Positions 59,230 to 64,000 of a stretch of 64,000 nucleotides of DNA are shown one piece after another; position 1 is the stretch's first letter, and each line of letters begins with the position of its first letter. Under the pieces are notes generated by a model that was given only the letters and a program-made list of their open reading frames with translations, made no database searches and was not told the DNA's origin. The position numbers and the translations under genes are program-made. Source of the DNA: an uncultured Mucispirillum sp. (GTDB lineage Bacteria > Chrysiogenota > Deferribacteres > Deferribacterales > Mucispirillaceae); the NCBI GenBank assembly GCA_944325215.1, contig CALUZC010000016.1, positions 4,231-68,230 of the forward strand, read 5' to 3'.

Positions 59230-61320
59230 TTAAAAAGCTGCCGAAAATTTTACGGCTCCATATAAGCCCGGTTCATATATATCTACAGATGTTTTATATA
59301 GTGTATTCAACAGGTTATAAACTTCTGTAGACAAGCTATATTGTCTATCCTTACCAAAATCTACACTTATTGCTATATTTGCAGTGCCCCATGGTGCATA
59401 ATATAAGTCTGATGTAAACTCTGAATGGATAGAATCAAGACTGTCTATGGTTTCACTTGAAAACCTGCTAAATAAATCAATGGATAAATCAACATAATCA
59501 TTAAATGTATGTAAATAAGCAAGACCTGCCCTGCCTGATACTAAAGGAACTCCTGTTTTCCATGTATAAACCCCATTATCACTATATCTTCTTTGCATTA
59601 TAGTAAGTGAAGTATATGGTTTTAGCCCAATAGGCGATGTATAAGATAAAGAAAGCTCTGCTCCATGAGTTAATGCGTTTGATACATTTTTATATTTTGT
59701 AGCAGAAGAACCTGTACTAACTGGCACTTGTGCTATATAGTTATCTGCCAGTGATACAAAGTACACAGCATCTAAACCAACACCGTAATCATTATATCTA
59801 ATACCAAACTCAAAATTATTGCTTGTTTCAGATTTTAAATCAGGGTTAGGGTAAATGGTGCCACCACCCATTGATGATAATAGATACCGTTCCTGTAAAT
59901 TAGGTGAACGAAAGCCTTGTGAAAAATTAAACCTTATACTAAAATTTTCTATTCCAGACCACATAATACCTGCTGCAAATACTGGAGCGTTGGTTGATGA
60001 TATACCTGTATTTCCTATATCTTCAACACTTAATGGCGTTGAACTTCCTGTAATTTTATCTATTCTAACCCCTGCTGCTTTTTCCATATTTGCAATGTTA
60101 TATGTCCATCTTACACCATAGAATAATGTAAAATCCAAAGGCAGGTAAGATTCAGCTTGAGCATATAAAGCATGTATCTGTTCATAACCATAGTTTTTTA
60201 CATGTTTATTGTAATTCATAACATCTAAAATAGTGCTTGTGGAATCAACACTTGTATCAGCATCTAGAATATTATAATTAAAATCATAACCTGCTATAAT
60301 ATATGTATGGTCACTTATTGCCCAGTCTGTTTGAAGCTGCAACCCCCACTGGTTATTATAATTATCTGCATAGTTATCCATTGTAGCAGGCATAAATACT
60401 ACATTTGGGTCAAGCTCCACATGGTTATGCATTTTTTTATGGCTTTGCTGGTAAAATAAATCAAGCCTTAGTTTTGGCATAAAAGATACAGCTTCTTTTA
60501 CTTCAAAAAATAATGCTGCTTTTTGGCGAGACCATAATGGTAAATCTACATAAAATTTTTCATATCCTACAGCCTGACTGCCTGAAGATATATCTGAAGT
60601 AAAATAATCATAACTTGCACCTAGTTTATAGTTATCATTAAAATTATACGCTAAATATGCACTATAATTTTGCTGTTCAAAAGCAGAATACGGCACTAAA
60701 CCAATAGGTGTTCTTAGCTGCTGCTGCATATTATTTGATGCTGTAACTCTGTATTCTACTCCATGAGTTTTACCAAAAATAGAAGCAGATTCAGAATGCC
60801 CTTGAGAAGCACCGTTATAGGAAAGATTAATAGAGCCTTCTATTGGTTTTTTACCACCTTTTTTTGTGATGATATTAATAACACCACCAATAGCGTTGGA
60901 GCCATAAAGCACAGATGATGGCCCACGAATAATTTCTATACGTTCAATTAATGCAGTATCTATCATTAATGCTGTGCCGTCCATAGATTTATTTTCAACT
61001 ATCTGTTGTCCATCAATTAATATTAAAGTTCTATTAACTCCCTCACCACGAAGAGATATTCTTTTTAGCCCCTGCCCTCCAGAATTTGATATCTGCACTC
61101 CAGGAACATCTTGTAAAAGTTCACCAACTGTTCTAGCTGATGATTTTTTAATATCTTCTTCTGTTACTATAGAAACAGAAGAAGGCACTTCTAAAAGCTC
61201 TTTTTCAACTTTTGTGGCTGTCACCTTTACTGCCGTTGTTTTAATATGGTTTTCTTCTTGAGCATAACTATTAAAACTTACAAATAATATTAAAACAGTA
61301 CAAACGACTATCTTTATCAT
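59230..61320 (-). CDS. TonB-dependent outer-membrane receptor
   Basis: Signal peptide ...SYA/QEE. Plug-domain motifs (VTATKVEKE...VPGVQISNSGG...ISLRGEG...ILIDGQ). Barrel of about 600 aa ending in the aromatic terminus ...FSAAF. Confidence 0.85.
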   Translation of the reverse strand: MIKIVVCTVLILFVSFNSYAQEENHIKTTAVKVTATKVEKELLEVPSSVSIVTEEDIKKSSARTVGELLQDVPGVQISNSGGQGLKRISLRGEGVNRTLILIDGQQIVENKSMDGTALMIDTALIERIEIIRGPSSVLYGSNAIGGVINIITKKGGKKPIEGSINLSYNGASQGHSESASIFGKTHGVEYRVTASNNMQQQLRTPIGLVPYSAFEQQNYSAYLAYNFNDNYKLGASYDYFTSDISSGSQAVGYEKFYVDLPLWSRQKAALFFEVKEAVSFMPKLRLDLFYQQSHKKMHNHVELDPNVVFMPATMDNYADNYNNQWGLQLQTDWAISDHTYIIAGYDFNYNILDADTSVDSTSTILDVMNYNKHVKNYGYEQIHALYAQAESYLPLDFTLFYGVRWTYNIANMEKAAGVRIDKITGSSTPLSVEDIGNTGISSTNAPVFAAGIMWSGIENFSIRFNFSQGFRSPNLQERYLLSSMGGGTIYPNPDLKSETSNNFEFGIRYNDYGVGLDAVYFVSLADNYIAQVPVSTGSSATKYKNVSNALTHGAELSLSYTSPIGLKPYTSLTIMQRRYSDNGVYTWKTGVPLVSGRAGLAYLHTFNDYVDLSIDLFSRFSSETIDSLDSIHSEFTSDLYYAPWGTANIAISVDFGKDRQYSLSTEVYNLLNTLYKTSVDIYEPGLYGAVKFSAAF

Positions 61321-62720
61321 AAACTCACCTTTTCACCTGTTAAATTATTACTACTGTTAAACTGCAAAGTCAGTTTAATATATTCCTGCAAAAGCTGTGA
61401 AAGGTTTACAAACCAAAACTGACCTGCAAGTGTTAAAATAATTTTATTATTTTCATATTTAATAACACCTGCATTTTCCCACTGTTTTAATAATCTGCTG
61501 CAAATATCAGTAAGTGGAAGGTTATATTTATTTTCTAAATATGCCAAATCTAAATAACCTGTTTCAAAATATTCACTTATTTCTTTATACATGCTGTAAT
61601 TTTCACCTGGTATGCTTATACCCATAATTGGTTTTACGCCATTTTTCACAGCTGCTAAATAGCCTTGATAATCACGCAGTATCATATAACTGTGACCATT
61701 AATATTTCCACCTGCTCCTGCACCAAAAGAAAGGCAGCTGGCATAACCACGAGCAAGCCTGTTATATATATTTCTTTCTCTTGTAGTTCTTTGCCAATGG
61801 TTTACACTAATTCTTGTGTATAGTGCCTTCTGCATAAGCTCTACACTTTTTATAAACAGCTCTGTTTTCTCTTTAACATTTAAGGCAGGGTTCATACTGC
61901 CATCTGCAATACGTTTACCAAGAGGGGTGTTTGGAAATACATTTAACTGGTAGCAGTCAAACCCATCTATTTCTAAACTTTGAGCAAGTTTTATATCATC
62001 AACCCAAATATCCATAGTCTGATTAGGAAACCCATATATTAAATCAAGCACAACAGCAGCCTGATTATATTCTTTTATCATATTAATTCTTTCTATAATT
62101 GTATCTCTGTCACTTCTTCTACCCATTGAGCGTCTTAAATCAGTATTAAAACTTTGCACTCCTAAAGAAAACCTGTTTACACCACCTTGAAGGTATGCTT
62201 CAACTTTTTCTTTTGTCATATTAGAAATTCTACCTTCCATAGTAATTTCACAATCATTGGCAAGAGGAAATGTATTATGAATATAAGTTAAAAGCCTTGA
62301 TATATCTTCCACTTCTAAGGCTGTAGGTGTGCCACCACCAAAATAAAGTGCATTTATAGGTTTTGTTTTAAATGCAGTAGTATTTTCCCAAAGTTTAATT
62401 TCCTGAATTAAAACATCTGTATATATTCTACTCTGCTCTTTTCTATAAGGCTGATTATAAAATCCACAGTATAAACAGTGGGTTTCACAAAATGGAACAT
62501 GAATATATGCAGCAGTTCTATTATTCCTTTCTTGGTTTAAAACACTTTTTAAAACTTCCTGAGTCTGCTCTTTTGGTGCAAAGCTATCCATAAGTCCTGC
62601 ATGCACTGCCGACTTTTTACTAAAAGCATCAACAATAACATTATCACTTTCATTTACACAATATCTTTCAAAATTATCTTCTGGATTTATATTTTCTATT
62701 TTTTTATGAAAAGTATCCAT
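61317..62720 (-). CDS. HemN-family radical SAM enzyme, HutW/ChuW-like (candidate anaerobic haem-degrading methyltransferase)
   Basis: I chose the start at ATG 62720 (AAGGAAG SD). Radical SAM cluster motif CETHCLYCGF, with a HemN_C-like C-terminal domain. It is the first gene of the operon that contains the TonB-dependent receptor and the ChuX-like gene. Confidence 0.75.
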   Translation of the reverse strand: MDTFHKKIENINPEDNFERYCVNESDNVIVDAFSKKSAVHAGLMDSFAPKEQTQEVLKSVLNQERNNRTAAYIHVPFCETHCLYCGFYNQPYRKEQSRIYTDVLIQEIKLWENTTAFKTKPINALYFGGGTPTALEVEDISRLLTYIHNTFPLANDCEITMEGRISNMTKEKVEAYLQGGVNRFSLGVQSFNTDLRRSMGRRSDRDTIIERINMIKEYNQAAVVLDLIYGFPNQTMDIWVDDIKLAQSLEIDGFDCYQLNVFPNTPLGKRIADGSMNPALNVKEKTELFIKSVELMQKALYTRISVNHWQRTTRERNIYNRLARGYASCLSFGAGAGGNINGHSYMILRDYQGYLAAVKNGVKPIMGISIPGENYSMYKEISEYFETGYLDLAYLENKYNLPLTDICSRLLKQWENAGVIKYENNKIILTLAGQFWFVNLSQLLQEYIKLTLQFNSSNNLTGEKVSL

Positions 62721-62793
62721 GCTCACTTCCTTTATATTGATTTTATTTCTCAATAACATATACATCATTTAATAATTATTTGCAAGAGATTTT

Positions 62794-62810
62794 TTGATAT
62801 TTATTATCAA
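62794..62810. promoter_or_regulatory. Imperfect AT-rich palindrome ttgatatttattatcaa in the divergent promoter region. Candidate Fur-like operator.
   Basis: Read directly. 13/17 positions are symmetric and it resembles GATAAT-type Fur half-sites. Specificity is low in an AT-rich genome. Confidence 0.2.
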
Positions 62811-63003
62811 TATATTTTAAACATCATATACTATTTATAATATAACTAATTTATAATTAAAGAATATTTATTATTAATTCAAAAAAATACTATATCAAAT
62901 TTTTTAATTTTTTAGTCTAATCTAAAATATGAAATTAAAAAGAATATATTGACTTTTCCAAGATAATATATATAATATGCCATCAAAAAATTGGAGGATA
63001 GAG

Positions 63004-63906
63004 ATGAGATTTTCATTTGCACTTGTACCTGCTGTTATTTTATTAGTTGTTGTAGTCATTATCATTGGTATGTTTACATTAACAGAAAAAATAGATGCAG
63101 GTTACACTGGTATTAGGGTTAATTTATATGGTTCTGAAAGAGGGGTTGACGATGTAGCAATCGTTTCAGGTAGAGTATGGTATAACCCACTTACACAAGA
63201 AATTTATAAATTTCCTATTTTCATGCAAAATGCTGTATATGATAATGAAAATATGATGCAGTTTCAAACAAAAGAAGGGCTTACAACATCTGTTCCTGTT
63301 GGTGTAAACTATACAATAAACAGCGAGAAAGTGCCTGAATTATTTAAAAAATTTAGAAAACCATTAGAAGATATTCAAGCTGGTTATTTAAGAACACAAA
63401 TTCGTAATATTTTAATTGAAAATGCCAATAAATATTCTGTAGAAGAATTAATTGAAAAACAAACTGAATTTTTATCAGAATTAAATACTGCAGCTAAAGC
63501 AAAACTTGAACCAGAAGGTTTTATGATTGATACTATTACATTTGTTCGCCCACCAAAGTATGACCAAAAAATAGTTGATAGAATTAATGAAAAAGTAGAA
63601 AAAACTCAAGAAGCTGAAAAAGTAAAAAGGGAGCTTGATATTACTTTAGCAGAAAATGCTAAAAAAGAAGCAGTTGCTCAAAATGAAGCTAATATGAGAA
63701 TTATTGAAGCAAAAGGTAAAGCTGAAGCTTTAAGAATTGAAGCAGAATCTCAAGCTCAAGCAAATGAACTGATTTCAAAATCATTAACTAAAAACCTTGT
63801 AAGGTATTATGAAATACAAAAATGGAATGGTATACTCCCATATGTTTCATCATCTAATGCTTTACCTGTTATTGATTTAAGAAATAATAGTAATAACAAC
63901 GAATAA
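63004..63906 (+). CDS. SPFH/band-7 (prohibitin-like) membrane protein
   Basis: Strong GGAGGA SD 5 nt before the ATG at 63004 (track start is 62977). N-terminal TM segment, then an SPFH domain and a coiled-coil tail. Confidence 0.8.
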   Translation: MRFSFALVPAVILLVVVVIIIGMFTLTEKIDAGYTGIRVNLYGSERGVDDVAIVSGRVWYNPLTQEIYKFPIFMQNAVYDNENMMQFQTKEGLTTSVPVGVNYTINSEKVPELFKKFRKPLEDIQAGYLRTQIRNILIENANKYSVEELIEKQTEFLSELNTAAKAKLEPEGFMIDTITFVRPPKYDQKIVDRINEKVEKTQEAEKVKRELDITLAENAKKEAVAQNEANMRIIEAKGKAEALRIEAESQAQANELISKSLTKNLVRYYEIQKWNGILPYVSSSNALPVIDLRNNSNNNE

Positions 63907-63934
63907 TACAAAAAGGCTGCCTTTATGATGCGAA

Positions 63935-63968
63935 CCCCATTTATTGGACAAATAAATGGGGTGTTTTT
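63935..63968 (+). terminator. Rho-independent terminator (ccccatttat-tggacaa-ataaatgggg followed by TGTTTTTAT)
   Basis: Perfect 10-bp stem with a 7-nt loop, then a T-run. It lies 29 nt after the SPFH stop. Confidence 0.65.
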
Positions 63969-64000
63969 ATGTCACGTAGAACAAAGTATTCTTATGAATT
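63969..64000 (+). CDS. Start of a downstream ORF (MSRRTKYSYE...) truncated by the window end
   Basis: ATG immediately after the terminator. Only 10 codons are visible. Confidence 0.15.
   Translation, partial: MSRRTKYSYE

Noticed and set aside
61317-62720. Annotating the radical SAM protein as oxygen-independent coproporphyrinogen oxidase HemN (haem biosynthesis)
   Set aside because: Its operon context (TonB-dependent receptor, ChuX-like gene, Ton system) fits HutW/ChuW-type haem catabolism far better. Sequence alone cannot separate HemN, HemW and ChuW, so the call stays at family level.
1-64000. CRISPR arrays, rRNA/tRNA genes, IS elements
   Set aside because: No spacer-repeat periodicity, no tRNA-like GC-rich cloverleaf islands, and no transposase-like ORFs were seen anywhere in the window.

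Overview
This is a 64 kb window of very AT-rich chromosomal DNA of roughly 27-30% GC. The composition and gene content (spirochaete-type EF-G paralog, RRM protein, PBP1C/alpha-2-macroglobulin pair, CorC/TlyC-like hemolysin-family protein, variable lipoproteins) fit a Brachyspira-like spirochaete; this is inferred from composition and gene content, not from any database search. The window is densely coding, with about 55 CDS and mostly short or overlapping junctions. I found no rRNA, tRNA, CRISPR array, IS element or prophage.

In order along the window:
- A partial feoB sits behind a GTG-started DtxR::FeoA fusion regulator.
- A five-gene anaerobic glycerol operon has the order glpA-glpB-glpC-X-glpK, where X is an unknown membrane protein that has no aquaporin NPA motifs.
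- A block MCP -> alpha-2-macroglobulin (GCTEQ thioester intact, lipoprotein) -> PBP1C, the known bacterial A2M/PbpC pairing.
- Housekeeping genes follow: ispB-like, apbE, maf, an acyl-CoA ligase, priA, coaBC, an SPFH protein, yicC, trpB, dtd, murJ, two HU paralogs, a MutS domain-V protein, era, a corC-like gene, ybeY, phoH, a DHH-CBS-CCA fusion and xerD.
- At 53.5-62.8 kb a ten-gene minus-strand operon looks like a complete anaerobic haem acquisition and degradation system built around an ECF-type importer: a radical-SAM HutW/ChuW-like enzyme, a TonB-dependent receptor, an ECF S component, an ECF T component, a fused double ATPase, a His-rich::ChuX::flavodoxin three-part fusion, and exbB-exbD-tonB. 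I rate this the most interesting and least described system in the window.

Smaller observations include a 35-bp exact direct repeat bracketing a methyltransferase gene, an in-frame 12-bp tandem repeat in a surface lipoprotein, a Tyr/Asp-rich insert in the A2M, and an orphan trpB coupled to an N/I-rich protein whose C-terminal half is weakly PRAI-like.

The ORF track evidently allows GTG/TTG starts: the DtxR-like (2923) and corC-like (45298) genes start at GTG, phoH (46833) at TTG, and the track's 44034 start for era is a GTG that I moved to the ATG at 44013. Several other track starts were moved to an internal ATG with a better Shine-Dalgarno match. Hand-placed non-CDS coordinates may be off by 1-2 nt.
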